DNA from: Candidatus Collierbacteria bacterium
Lineage (GTDB): Bacteria; Patescibacteriota; Microgenomatia; UBA1400; JACPES01
Assembly (NCBI GenBank): GCA_016219325.1
Contig: JACRNH010000014.1
Span: 132 to 64,131, forward strand
Reading direction: 5' to 3'
Length of the DNA: 64,000 bases
Shown here: in pieces, positions 55,750 through 64,000 of the stretch
Layout: each line of letters opens with the position of its first letter
Position numbering within the stretch: the first letter of the stretch is position 1
The notes under the pieces: model-generated
Databases searched by the model: none
Told to the model about the DNA's origin: nothing
Seen by the model: the letters and a program-made list of their open reading frames with translations, nothing else
Translations under genes and position numbers: made by a program

Positions 55750-57546
55750 TCAGTCTTTTCGCACCAATTGTTTTAAACGGGCTGCCAGGTGGGACAAGGC
55801 CTGTGGCGGAAGCTTCCCGTCTTTGAGCTGGTTCCTGACCAATTCAGCCTCCAGATCGCGTAAAATCAAGCCTAATTCGCTTTTGGCTTCTTCCGAATCT
55901 TCGCCTTTTAACGGCTGAATTGCGGCCTCATCAAACAGCCCGATTAGTTCTGGCGGCAGCGATTGCCGGAAAATTTTAAAATCTCCGTTTTGAAGTTTAA
56001 TAAACTCTTTCAACAGCTCCATCAGTTTCCTCCGGCCAACCGGCTTCACCCAGTTTAAATCAAAATTCTCCGGCAATGGAAGCTTAAACTGAATTAATAG
56101 CCCCAATAAATAATGGCTCAAAATTTCCGCTCTGCTCATGGCGCTTTCATTACCAGCAGGAGCAACTAAGGATGGAGAAACGTGATTTTGTTTCCAGGCT
56201 GACATTTGGCGCCTGACGGCTTCATCCCTGACTCCCAATCTTTTCGCCAGAATACTCACCCAATGATCCTGTTCAATCGCGTTGCTTATTTCGGACAGCA
56301 ACGGCACCAAAACATCTCCTGCCTGACGTTTGGCCTCGGCTGTATCTTTTCCGAATTTTTCCAAAGTACTTTCGATAATCACCCCATAGGCATTTTTAGA
56401 CTTTTCAACCGATTCTCTCCATTTAGAAGGAGATGATTTGGCCAGTTCATCAGGGTCTTTTTCACTTTCCGGCAAAACTACCGCCCGCGAAGACAAGCTA
56501 TGATGCTCTAAAATCGGCAAGCTGCGGATTAGAGCTTCCTGGCCGGCTGAATCGGAGTCCAGGCAAACAACAACTTTTCTGCCGTAACGGCGGACCAATT
56601 TCACCTGGCCCGAAGTCAATGCCGTCCCTTTCACCGCAACTACATTTTTGATTCCGGCCTGCCAGGAGCTGATACAGTCAAATTCCCCTTCCACTAAAAC
56701 AGCCTCGCCTTTTTTGCGGATATCCTCATGATTTTCAAAAATTCCGAACAGATTTTTTGATTTGCGATAAACCGCGGTTTCCGGTGAATTAATATATTTG
56801 GCTTCTTTAATTTCCGGATCGAGCAAACGGCCGGCAAATCCTAAGATTTGCCCGCGGACGTCCCGCAAAGGAAACATCACCCGGCCGCGGAAACGGTCAT
56901 AGTAAGAATTCTGAATTCTGAATTCTGAATTCTGAATGGCGGAAGATCTGGCTTGTTTGTTTTTATTCAGTATTCGGTATTCAGTATTCGGTATTCTTTT
57001 TATTGCCAAGCCAGATTGCTCAATGTGTTCCGGCAGATAACCCTTTTTGGTTAAAAACTTAAACAGATTATCCCATTGGTTTGGAGAATAACCAATACAA
57101 AACGTCTCAATCGCAGATTTGGTGATATAGCGTGATTTTAAATATTCCCGGGCTTTTCCCCCGGCTTTATGTTTAGTTAAAATATAATGATAGAACTCCG
57201 CCGCCAAATGATTAATTTCAAAAATCTGTTTTTCAATTTGCTGCAACCGGTCGTCAACCGCCCGCCTTTCCAATTTAACTCCGGTTTTTTCGGCTAAAAA
57301 TTCCAGCGCTTCGACGAAGGTCATGCCGTCGTGCTTTTCCAAAAAAGTAAACACGTCGCCAGCCGCGCCGCAGCCGAAGCACTTAAAAATTCCCATTTCC
57401 GGGGAAACGGTAAAGCTGGGGGTTTTTTCAGAATGGAACGGACATAGGCCTAAAAATCGCCGGCCGCGCTGTTTCAAGGCAACTTTTTCGCCGATTATTT
57501 GCGCAATATCTACCCGGGATTTTATCTCCGCTACCTGATCGGACAT
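55750..57546 (-). CDS. dnaG: DNA primase DnaG with a repeat-encoded insertion in the linker
   Basis: Zinc-ribbon CPFHSEKTPSF...CFGCG and TOPRIM VLVEGEFDCIS motifs. Two heptamer arrays at 56907-56996 encode NTEYRIL...NSEFRIQNS. Confidence 0.9.
   Translation of the reverse strand: MSDQVAEIKSRVDIAQIIGEKVALKQRGRRFLGLCPFHSEKTPSFTVSPEMGIFKCFGCGAAGDVFTFLEKHDGMTFVEALEFLAEKTGVKLERRAVDDRLQQIEKQIFEINHLAAEFYHYILTKHKAGGKAREYLKSRYITKSAIETFCIGYSPNQWDNLFKFLTKKGYLPEHIEQSGLAIKRIPNTEYRILNKNKQARSSAIQNSEFRIQNSYYDRFRGRVMFPLRDVRGQILGFAGRLLDPEIKEAKYINSPETAVYRKSKNLFGIFENHEDIRKKGEAVLVEGEFDCISSWQAGIKNVVAVKGTALTSGQVKLVRRYGRKVVVCLDSDSAGQEALIRSLPILEHHSLSSRAVVLPESEKDPDELAKSSPSKWRESVEKSKNAYGVIIESTLEKFGKDTAEAKRQAGDVLVPLLSEISNAIEQDHWVSILAKRLGVRDEAVRRQMSAWKQNHVSPSLVAPAGNESAMSRAEILSHYLLGLLIQFKLPLPENFDLNWVKPVGRRKLMELLKEFIKLQNGDFKIFRQSLPPELIGLFDEAAIQPLKGEDSEEAKSELGLILRDLEAELVRNQLKDGKLPPQALSHLAARLKQLVRKD
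56907..56937 (-). repeat. Heptanucleotide tandem repeat (GAATTCT x about 4.4) in-frame within dnaG
   Basis: gaattctgaattctgaattctgaattctgaat, identical to the array in copB. Confidence 0.85.
56965..56996 (-). repeat. Heptanucleotide tandem repeat (ATTC[A/G]GT x about 4.5) in-frame within dnaG
   Basis: attcagtattcggtattcagtattcggtattc. The gene strand encodes NTEYRILN. Confidence 0.8.
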
Positions 57547-57596
57547 CTTGACAGAATAATAACACTATCGTAAAATAATGACAAGGAGATAAAATA

Positions 57597-57902
57597 ATGA
57601 ATTACATCGCTTCCATTACCAGCCAGGGTCAAATTACAATCCCGAAACCGCTAAGGGATCAATTTGGTATTCTGGGCCAAGCCAAAGCGCATCTGGTTAA
57701 AAAGGGCGACAAAATTGAGCTAAAGCTCTATACGCCACATGATCTTGAATTTTGGTATGGAGCGCTAAAAAACAATCCTATAGTGAAAGCAAATAAAGGT
57801 AAACCGCTACAGCAAATTATTGAAGAAGAAAGCGCGGCTTTTGAAAAAGCTATCGCTGATAATGTGGCCGAAGAAATGGGATTGCCGCCGCTAAAAGAAT
57901 AA
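57597..57902 (+). CDS. vapB: AbrB/SpoVT-domain antitoxin (VapB/MazE-like)
   Basis: ITSQGQITIPKPLRDQFGI motif. Immediately upstream of the PIN gene. Confidence 0.7.
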   Translation: MNYIASITSQGQITIPKPLRDQFGILGQAKAHLVKKGDKIELKLYTPHDLEFWYGALKNNPIVKANKGKPLQQIIEEESAAFEKAIADNVAEEMGLPPLKE

Positions 57903-57903
57903 C

Positions 57904-58308
57904 ATGGAGAATTATCAGCTTGATACTAATGCTTTACTCCGATATCTAGCTCATGATATCCCCAGTAAATATCAAAAGGTCCGCTACCTATTCAACAAAG
58001 CGAAGAACGGGCAGGTAACGTTGAATATCTGCGAGCCTGTTTTTATTGAAACTGCGGTAATGTTAAAACAATATTTCAAGTTCCCAAAAGATAAGGTTGT
58101 TGACTTCCTGCATGATTTGCTTAACGCTTCTTATTTAAATATAGAAAATTCTTCCCGGCTGGCTCCGGCAATTGATATTTACTCGCAGAATTCCATCGAT
58201 TTAGTTGATGCGATTGTCCTAGTCCGCGCTTACATTAATAATCAACAAATTTTTACTTTTGACTCCAAATTATCATTATTGGCTTCGTCACGGGAAAAAG
58301 CAAATTAA
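57904..58308 (+). CDS. vapC: PIN-domain toxin (VapC family)
   Basis: 134 aa with QLDTNALL at the N-terminus and conserved acidic residues. Confidence 0.7.
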   Translation: MENYQLDTNALLRYLAHDIPSKYQKVRYLFNKAKNGQVTLNICEPVFIETAVMLKQYFKFPKDKVVDFLHDLLNASYLNIENSSRLAPAIDIYSQNSIDLVDAIVLVRAYINNQQIFTFDSKLSLLASSREKAN

Positions 58309-58329
58309 GGGTATAATTTTACTTTATTA

Positions 58330-58415
58330 GGAGGAGTGTGCCGAATGGTAAGGCACCGCTCTCGAAAAGCGGCGGGCGCAAGCCCTTGCAGGTTCGATTC
58401 CTGTCTCCTCCGCCA
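58330..58415 (+). tRNA. tRNA-Ser(CGA), class II with a long variable arm
   Basis: GGAGGAG/CTCCTCC acceptor stem, 3-bp D-stem, CUCGAAA anticodon loop, GGGC-GCAA-GCCC variable arm, TTCGATT T-loop, and an encoded CCA. Confidence 0.85.
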
Positions 58416-58484
58416 ATTGGAAAATGTCTTTGTTGGCTCGCCCGCTAAGAGGCGTTCCGATGAAAGATTTAGTAAAATAATTTT

Positions 58485-58811
58485 ATGAAACTCGGTATCA
58501 TCTTACAATCCAACAAACCGGAGCACGCGTGGAATACATTCCGCCTGGGAATTACTGCGCTTAAAGCGGGTTATCAAGTAGAAATCTTTTTAATGAACGA
58601 AGGTTCGGAACTTGATGCCATTTCCGACAGCAAAGATTTTGATATCTCTGTAAGAGTGGCGGAATTCAAAGAATTGAGGGGTGAAATTTACGCTTGCGGA
58701 ACCTGTCTTAAAGTGCGCGGTAAAGAAGAAAGTAAAATTTGCCCCATTGCCACCATGTCCGATTTATTAAAAATGGTAGAAGAGTCGGATAAAGTTTTAG
58801 TCTTTGGCTAA
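58485..58811 (+). CDS. DsrE/DsrF-like (YchN) family protein
   Basis: 108 aa with DsrE-like layout: MKLGIIL...EIFLMNEG...ACGTCLK. Confidence 0.55.
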   Translation: MKLGIILQSNKPEHAWNTFRLGITALKAGYQVEIFLMNEGSELDAISDSKDFDISVRVAEFKELRGEIYACGTCLKVRGKEESKICPIATMSDLLKMVEESDKVLVFG

Positions 58812-59043
58812 TATGAAACTAAAAAGAGTAGTATTAACAATTGTTAGTATTATTACAGTACTTCTTGGTTTATTGTGGTTTTTGCAAGGCTCTGACATTG
58901 TTCATCTACAACCCATATTGTGCTTTGCAGACTGCGAGCCCATAACTGGAAAGTCGCCATTATGGCAAGTAATAGGAGCGAGTGTCTTTATAGTAGGACT
59001 TGTCATTTTTATTAAAAGTGTAAGAGGAAGAAATAAACCTTAA
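58804..59043 (+). CDS. Small membrane protein (hypothetical)
   Basis: 79 aa with two TM segments, overlapping the upstream gene's end. Confidence 0.4.
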   Translation: MANMKLKRVVLTIVSIITVLLGLLWFLQGSDIVHLQPILCFADCEPITGKSPLWQVIGASVFIVGLVIFIKSVRGRNKP

Positions 59044-59126
59044 AAAATAATTTGTCGCCAAAGCATTGGTGTTTAGATAGAAAAATTGGTAAAATAAAAC
59101 TATTAACAAGGCAATAAATAATCTCT

Positions 59127-59600
59127 ATGAAAAAAACAAAGTATATCGTTGATTTTCAAAATGTATCTACTGTTGGTTTAGAGTCTTCACCTGTAGCAGA
59201 AGCACTTGCTGGTTTACGTGCAAATGAAGCCCGTTACTTTATGAATAAATACAAGCATGAGTTTACGGTTGTACCAGCTAGCGAAAGCCAGGAGACCCTT
59301 GATTATGTGAACCGAATTTTGAAAGAAGACCGTGATATCGAGTTTGCGGCCAAACCTTTAGAAACGTCGCGTTTTCAAGTGGAAAATATTAAATTTGCCT
59401 ACGTGTTTTATGAGGATGGGCTTGCGGTTAACGTAATGTATACGGTTGATGACCCTAAGAAGCGAGCCGTTGGTTTTAAGCTTTCTGAAGGGATGGAGGT
59501 ACCAAAGGAGTTAGAAGAGAAGTTTAAGTTTGCTAGGCAGAAGTCTAAACTAGCTGGGACAATCCGGGGCTCGTTTTTTGTAATTAAAGGGAAATATTAA
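59127..59600 (+). CDS. Hypothetical protein
   Basis: 157-aa ORF. Confidence 0.4.
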   Translation: MKKTKYIVDFQNVSTVGLESSPVAEALAGLRANEARYFMNKYKHEFTVVPASESQETLDYVNRILKEDRDIEFAAKPLETSRFQVENIKFAYVFYEDGLAVNVMYTVDDPKKRAVGFKLSEGMEVPKELEEKFKFARQKSKLAGTIRGSFFVIKGKY

Positions 59601-59811
59601 AGGGCCTCGACTAAATTTGTGTATTGTCGCAAAGCAACAAGAGAACGTTGGAAATTTGCCGCCAAAGAAAAATTTGTGGTTCGACAGACTCACCATTCTG
59701 AGCCCAGCCAGTTCCGTTCGGATCCATTCGGCAAGCTCAGGACAAGTATTTTCAAACAGACACCGCCAGCGCCTTATGACGCCTACATTTGAAGATTTGT
59801 TGAAATAAATT

Positions 59812-60573
59812 ATGAACATCATAAAAAAGAAAATACCATCTACCAAGGGCAATCTTGCGGCTGCGATCCATCGTTCCGAAAAGAAAACGGATAAGCTCGC
59901 CATTCTTTGCCCCGGCTATCTTGACTCGAAAGACTACGAACATTTAGTCGGCTTGGCAGAAGCATTGAGTGAACGAGGGTACACTGTCGTCAGGTTTGAG
60001 CCGACGGGAACATGGGAAAGCGAGGGCGATATTTCCGATTACACCACCTCGCAATATCTTGAGGACATCAAAAGTGTTCTTAAATATATGATAAATCAAG
60101 GGGGCTACAAACAAATTCTACTTGGCGGACATAGCCGAGGCGGACAAGTTTCAATTCTATACGCCGCGCGAGATTCCAGAGTTTCTGTTGTTTTGGGAAT
60201 TATGCCGTCGTCCGGACCCATAACAGGCCAACGGCGCGAAGAGTGGGAAAAAGCCGGCGTAAGCGTTTCTCAAAGAGATTTACCAAACGATAAAGAAAAA
60301 AAGAAAGAATTCCGCGTCCCGTTTCAGCATGTTTTAGATAGAGACCAATATGATGTCGTCGGAGATGCAAAGAAAATTAAAGCTCCTATAATTTTAATTG
60401 CAGGAGAAATAGATGTCCTTGTCCCGCCAAATGAAGTAAAGGAAATCTTCGATAACGCCAATAAGCCGAAAAAATTTATTATTATCCCGGACATCGGGCA
60501 TGATTATCGAAATAAAGATAACGAAATTTCCCTAGTAAACAAAATAATATTAAAAGAACTAAATTCAATTTGA
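59812..60573 (+). CDS. Alpha/beta hydrolase (esterase/lipase-like)
   Basis: Nucleophile elbow GGHSRGG, plus downstream Asp and His (GHDY) residues. Confidence 0.7.
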   Translation: MNIIKKKIPSTKGNLAAAIHRSEKKTDKLAILCPGYLDSKDYEHLVGLAEALSERGYTVVRFEPTGTWESEGDISDYTTSQYLEDIKSVLKYMINQGGYKQILLGGHSRGGQVSILYAARDSRVSVVLGIMPSSGPITGQRREEWEKAGVSVSQRDLPNDKEKKKEFRVPFQHVLDRDQYDVVGDAKKIKAPIILIAGEIDVLVPPNEVKEIFDNANKPKKFIIIPDIGHDYRNKDNEISLVNKIILKELNSI

Positions 60574-60667
60574 TTAATCTAAAATATGATTCACAACAAT
60601 ATCGAAATTAAGATTCAGGTCAAAAAGGCACTGCTCGTTTATATCTTAAGAAAACTATAATTAAATC

Positions 60668-60736
60668 ATGAAATGGAAGGTGGTCGAATATGAAACTGGA
60701 AGAGGAGAAAGGCCAATCAAGGGTATTTATCTTTGA
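60668..60736 (+). pseudogene. Remnant (first ~22 codons) of a HigB/RelE-type (Gp49-like) toxin gene
   Basis: MKWKVVEYETGRGERPIKGIYL then a stop. It lies directly upstream of a HigA-like XRE gene. Confidence 0.4.
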
Positions 60737-60790
60737 CATAATATAACGTCTATGTTATATTCTACTTGTTAGGCCTAAAGATAATGCCAA

Positions 60791-61072
60791 ATGCTTATGA
60801 AAAACTGGAAACAATTAAAATCAGAGCTTTTGCAAAACAAATCCGTCAAAAAAGAATATGATCGGTTAACTCCCCGGTATAAGGCGATTTCCGCGCTTAT
60901 TTCCGCTCGGATTAAACAGGGAATTACTCAAAAAGAATTGGCCCGGAAAACCGAAACAAAACAATCAGCGATTGCCCGCTTTGAAGCCGGAAATGTTAAT
61001 CCCTCGCTTGGATTCTTGGAAAAAATAGCTGGCGTGATGGGATACGGGATAAATATCAGCCTATCAAAATAA
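60791..61072 (+). CDS. XRE-family HTH protein (HigA-like antitoxin)
   Basis: GITQKELARKTETKQSAIARFEAGNVNPSLGFLEKIA. Confidence 0.65.
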   Translation: MLMKNWKQLKSELLQNKSVKKEYDRLTPRYKAISALISARIKQGITQKELARKTETKQSAIARFEAGNVNPSLGFLEKIAGVMGYGINISLSK

Positions 61073-61074
61073 GC

Positions 61075-61531
61075 ATGATTACGCCTTCAAAAGATTGGAT
61101 AAGTCCTAAAATTGAAATCAGGAAAACTTCCGGCAAAGGAAAAGGGATGTTTGCCCTCGAAAAAATCACCTCTGGCGAGCCATTGATTACTTTTGGCGGA
61201 GAATATACCGATGCGAAAGGAGCGGAAAAAGCCAGGGCCGGCGGCAAACTCATAATGCAATGGGACGATAACTGACCCGAATGCCTGGATGAAAGACGCA
61301 TTTACCATAACCGCCATGAGAGATATTAAAATCGGCGAAGAGATAACTGCCGATTACGCGATCTGGGAAGCGGACGAAAATTATATTTCAAAATGGGAAT
61401 GTAATTGCGGATCAGCTTTCTGTCGTCAGAGAGTAACGGGGAAAGATTGGCGACTGCCGGAACTGCAAGCGCGATATAAAAATCATTTCAGTCCATTGAT
61501 AAATAAAAGGATTAATAAGTTAAATTATTGA
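61075..61531 (+). pseudogene. SET-domain protein gene split by a frameshift (ORFs 61075-61275 and 61289-61531)
   Basis: The N-terminal part (GKGMFALEKI...FGGEY) and C-terminal part (ITADY...WECNCGSAFCR, post-SET Cys cluster) are in different frames. Confidence 0.5.
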
Positions 61532-62139
61532 CATATGCTGATTTGGGAGAGACTGGAAAGTACTTCTTCTTTAGATGTTTCAAATCCCGGCATCCAATCT
61601 ACAGGTTCTATATAATTTATATCTTGGTGAAAATCCAGTTGTCCGCGAAAAAGTTTGTCGCTAAATTCCCCCTCGCCATAAAATTCATGGGCGCGATCTA
61701 TCACCGCTTGCATCGAATGGTGTTTGAAAATAAAATATAGATCAACATAATCTTTCCATTTGGCTCGACGCCCGAGGGCAAAAGCTTTCATGGCGGCAAT
61801 AGATAAATCATCGGGCATGGTGACAATGGCTTCGAATTTTTCGTTGTGGGTGACCGGATATTCATATTGATAGAAAGTCATTTTAATATGATCGGCAACA
61901 AGCGTGAGCTGATTTAGTCCGTCAATGTGAATTTGATTAATACTGTGATTTTTGCGAATTGTCCGAATAATCGGTTGTGTTTCAAATGATTTGGGGGTAA
62001 ATAGATCAAAGTCCAGTGATCGACGATGACCATATTGCAGGGCAAGAGCCGTACCTCCAACAAGGTAATAATCGGTAGAAAATTGTTTTATAAGCGGAAG
62101 CATCGCAGTTTGTTCCGCGCTAAGGATATTTTTATGCAT
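61525..62139 (-). CDS. AbiEii/AbiGii-family nucleotidyltransferase toxin (DUF1814)
   Basis: LVGGTALALQYGHRRSLDFDLF motif. Confidence 0.65.
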   Translation of the reverse strand: MHKNILSAEQTAMLPLIKQFSTDYYLVGGTALALQYGHRRSLDFDLFTPKSFETQPIIRTIRKNHSINQIHIDGLNQLTLVADHIKMTFYQYEYPVTHNEKFEAIVTMPDDLSIAAMKAFALGRRAKWKDYVDLYFIFKHHSMQAVIDRAHEFYGEGEFSDKLFRGQLDFHQDINYIEPVDWMPGFETSKEEVLSSLSQISICQ

Positions 62140-62482
62140 AATGATAGAAGTAATGGCGGAAATAATTTCGATATATTGGCAAAAGATTGTTTCTAGGCAT
62201 ATTATCCAGTTTTACAAAAATCCGGGCAAGATTTCGCACACCTAGGATTTCTTTTAATTGTAAAAACTCTTGCCATGTGCCATAGTTAATAATAGCCTCG
62301 GCAATGGACTCTATTGACAATTGGTCGTATGATTTGGTGTACCAGATAAGGGATGGATTTTGGCGGATAAGGTTTTGAGCGGAAGCAAGTTGCCGGTTTC
62401 CCATGAACAAATTATAACAAAACAATGTCCCATAAACACACTTTAACCAAAGGCAGAGCGGTATTTTTAGAATATTACTCAA
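62132..62482 (-). CDS. Putative AbiEi-like antitoxin partner (hypothetical)
   Basis: Upstream of the AbiEii gene with an 8-bp overlap. The assignment rests on position alone. Confidence 0.35.
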   Translation of the reverse strand: MSNILKIPLCLWLKCVYGTLFCYNLFMGNRQLASAQNLIRQNPSLIWYTKSYDQLSIESIAEAIINYGTWQEFLQLKEILGVRNLARIFVKLDNMPRNNLLPIYRNYFRHYFYHYA

Positions 62483-63369
62483 AGCTCTTGCCTCAATTTT
62501 CCGTTCCGGAATTAACCGCCCATCTTAATACCAGAAACACGCCGATACTATTGATTTCTAAAGTTTTCGAGGCAAAATTAATGAAGCTCTGGCAGGAAAA
62601 CAGCCTGACATGGGCTCCTTTACGATGGTTTCCGTTTGCGCTGCAATGGCCGCCGGAAATTCCGGTCGGGGAAACTTTGCCGGGATTTACCGAAGGCTGG
62701 ATTTATCCAATGAATAAATCCTCCCTTCTGCCTGTTCTATTGGTAAATCCGCGGATAGGCGAGAATATTTTAGACGCGGCGGCGGCTCCGGGCGGAAAAA
62801 CTTTGGCAATCGCCAATCAAATAGATCTAAATAAAACTCTGTTGATCGCCAATGATTCGTCATTTCCCAGATTTAAGCGGCTAAGAACAGCTCTTAAATT
62901 TTTTGGGTACCCGGATATCCCGACTTGGAGATTTCCGGCCCAGACAATCGTTCGTAATTCCGAATATACTTTTGACAAAATTTTATTGGACGCTCCCTGC
63001 AGCAGCGAAAAACACGTTTTTAATTCCAAGAAACATCTTAAGATTTGGTCTCCCAACAGAATTAAAAAATTGTCCGAATTGCAATTATCATTAATAGAGT
63101 CTCTTTTGCCGTTGCTTAGATCGGGCGGAACTTTGATTTACAGCACCTGCGCTTTAACCCCGGAAGAAAATGAAGGAATTGTCGCAAAAGTATTGGAAAA
63201 GCATCCATTGGAAATTGCCTTGAAAAATCCGCCTGACGGGCTGCCGGTTTCCGGATCCGGCCTATCCGGTTTTGGCCTGACCGATTCCCAATCCGGCCAA
63301 GTTCTTAGGATCAATAATAATGATTTTGGTTTTGACCCGATGTTTGTAGCCGGATTGAGAAAAGTTTAG
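62425..63369 (+). CDS. RsmB/RsmF (NOP2/Sun) family rRNA cytosine-C5 methyltransferase, catalytic domain only
   Basis: LDAAAAPGGKT, LLDAPCSSEK (motif IV PC) and IYSTCALTPEENE (motif VI TC). The true start may lie downstream of 62425, which overlaps the divergent gene. Confidence 0.8.
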   Translation: MSHKHTLTKGRAVFLEYYSKLLPQFSVPELTAHLNTRNTPILLISKVFEAKLMKLWQENSLTWAPLRWFPFALQWPPEIPVGETLPGFTEGWIYPMNKSSLLPVLLVNPRIGENILDAAAAPGGKTLAIANQIDLNKTLLIANDSSFPRFKRLRTALKFFGYPDIPTWRFPAQTIVRNSEYTFDKILLDAPCSSEKHVFNSKKHLKIWSPNRIKKLSELQLSLIESLLPLLRSGGTLIYSTCALTPEENEGIVAKVLEKHPLEIALKNPPDGLPVSGSGLSGFGLTDSQSGQVLRINNNDFGFDPMFVAGLRKV

Positions 63370-63432
63370 AGTTGATGCAAATTTATGAACGATAACAAGA
63401 AATAAAATACTGAAAGTAGTATATTAACAACA

Positions 63433-63657
63433 ATGAATCCTTTCGCTGAAACCCAACCAGCATCGCCTCTCCAAAAAGTTGATTGGGCGGATCGGCTTGC
63501 TCACCTTGTCTTTACTGGAATTTGGATTAAGGATCCAAAAATTCTTTTATCGTCAATGAGATTGGCCGGATTAAGCGGAAGAGGAACAAATCTTATGGTT
63601 AATGCTTATTTTTCTCCAGAGATTTTTGACATTCAACCAGACGACCTTGCTAAATAA
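63433..63657 (+). CDS. Hypothetical small protein
   Basis: 74-aa ORF. Confidence 0.3.
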   Translation: MNPFAETQPASPLQKVDWADRLAHLVFTGIWIKDPKILLSSMRLAGLSGRGTNLMVNAYFSPEIFDIQPDDLAK

Positions 63658-63683
63658 TTTTTACTTCTGTTAGAATGGAATTG

Positions 63684-64000
63684 TGAGTGATAATCCTGCG
63701 CCAAAACAACCGGAAATTGACTTCGGAAATCCGATGGAAGAAGAAAAAGTTCTGATCGGATGGAAAGCCCCGGAAAGACTGCATAAAACCCACGGCAAAG
63801 AATTCTTTACTACGATCGGGGCTTTCGTATTTTTACTTTCCATAATTGCCCTATTTTTTAAAGAAGTATTATTGATGATTACAATTTGGGCATTTGCGTT
63901 TGTAGCAATCGCCATGTCTAAAACCCAGCCTGAAATTATCGATTACGCCATCACTACACGCGGACTGAAGGTTGACAAAAACAAATACCGGTTTAGCGAA
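63684..64000 (+). CDS. Membrane protein, 5' part (runs off the window end)
   Basis: GTG start at 63684. The frame stays open to the window end and includes a TM segment (IGAFVFLLSIIALFF). The antisense ORF 63670-63915 was rejected. Confidence 0.35.

Noticed and set aside
63670-63915. Minus-strand 81-aa ORF at the window end
   Set aside because: A GTG-start + strand ORF from 63684 stays open to the window end and encodes a plausible TM protein. The antisense ORF is likely spurious.

Overview
This is a 64-kb, AT-rich window (roughly 40% GC by eye) with a coding style typical of reduced-genome bacteria of the CPR/Patescibacteria type. Genes are compact and often overlap by 4 bp (ATGA/TTGA junctions). 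There are many small membrane or exported hypothetical proteins, an RRM RNA-binding protein, and a membrane-fused spermidine-synthase-like protein. No rRNA genes or CRISPR arrays were seen.

Layout, left to right:
- **3.3-9.8 kb (minus strand):** a tightly coupled nine-gene operon for metal and thiol-redox handling. It holds a CPH-motif P1B ATPase (CopB-like), a DsbD/CcdA-family permease with vicinal Cys-Cys motifs, a DUF1573 protein and an ArsR-YHS regulator, flanked by DsbA, DUF3105 and a canonical CcdA.
- **10-21 kb:** MprF-like protein, an ECF sigma/anti-sigma pair, an EEP nuclease, an RRM protein, a VapBC pair, an APH-family kinase and a DEAD-box helicase.
- **21-37 kb:** an accessory stretch. 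It carries Fic, a lone MNT nucleotidyltransferase, a truncated LdcA, two AAA_14/DUF4143 ATPases, and a LUD-ITPase-methyltransferase-thermonuclease run. One ATPase cassette is flanked by GC-rich tandem repeats. A DUF4365-like protein, XRE regulators and a 1074-aa TPR protein follow.
- **37.1-47.5 kb:** a phage-like integrated element with an excisionase-like HTH, two large serine recombinases, DUF5659, DUF4145 and HTH_36 genes. It abuts a tRNA-Asn(GUU) that is split by a 520-nt group I intron encoding an HNH endonuclease.
- **48-64 kb:** peptidase S51, a ferric-reductase-like membrane protein, spermidine-synthase-like fusion, GatB/YqeY, rpoD-dnaG, a second VapBC, tRNA-Ser(CGA), DsrE, an alpha/beta hydrolase, HigBA and AbiE remnants, a frameshifted SET gene and an RsmB/Sun methyltransferase.

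The most unusual signals are two families of small elements sitting in-frame inside essential genes:
1. Heptanucleotide microsatellites (GAATTCT repeated about four times, plus relatives). They add a 'NSEFRIQ'-type peptide to both copB and dnaG.
2. 33-nt perfect-hairpin elements of the form AAGGCC-N-GGCCTTGC...GCAAGGCC-N-GGCCTT. They are inserted in-frame twice in a membrane-protein gene and once in copB.
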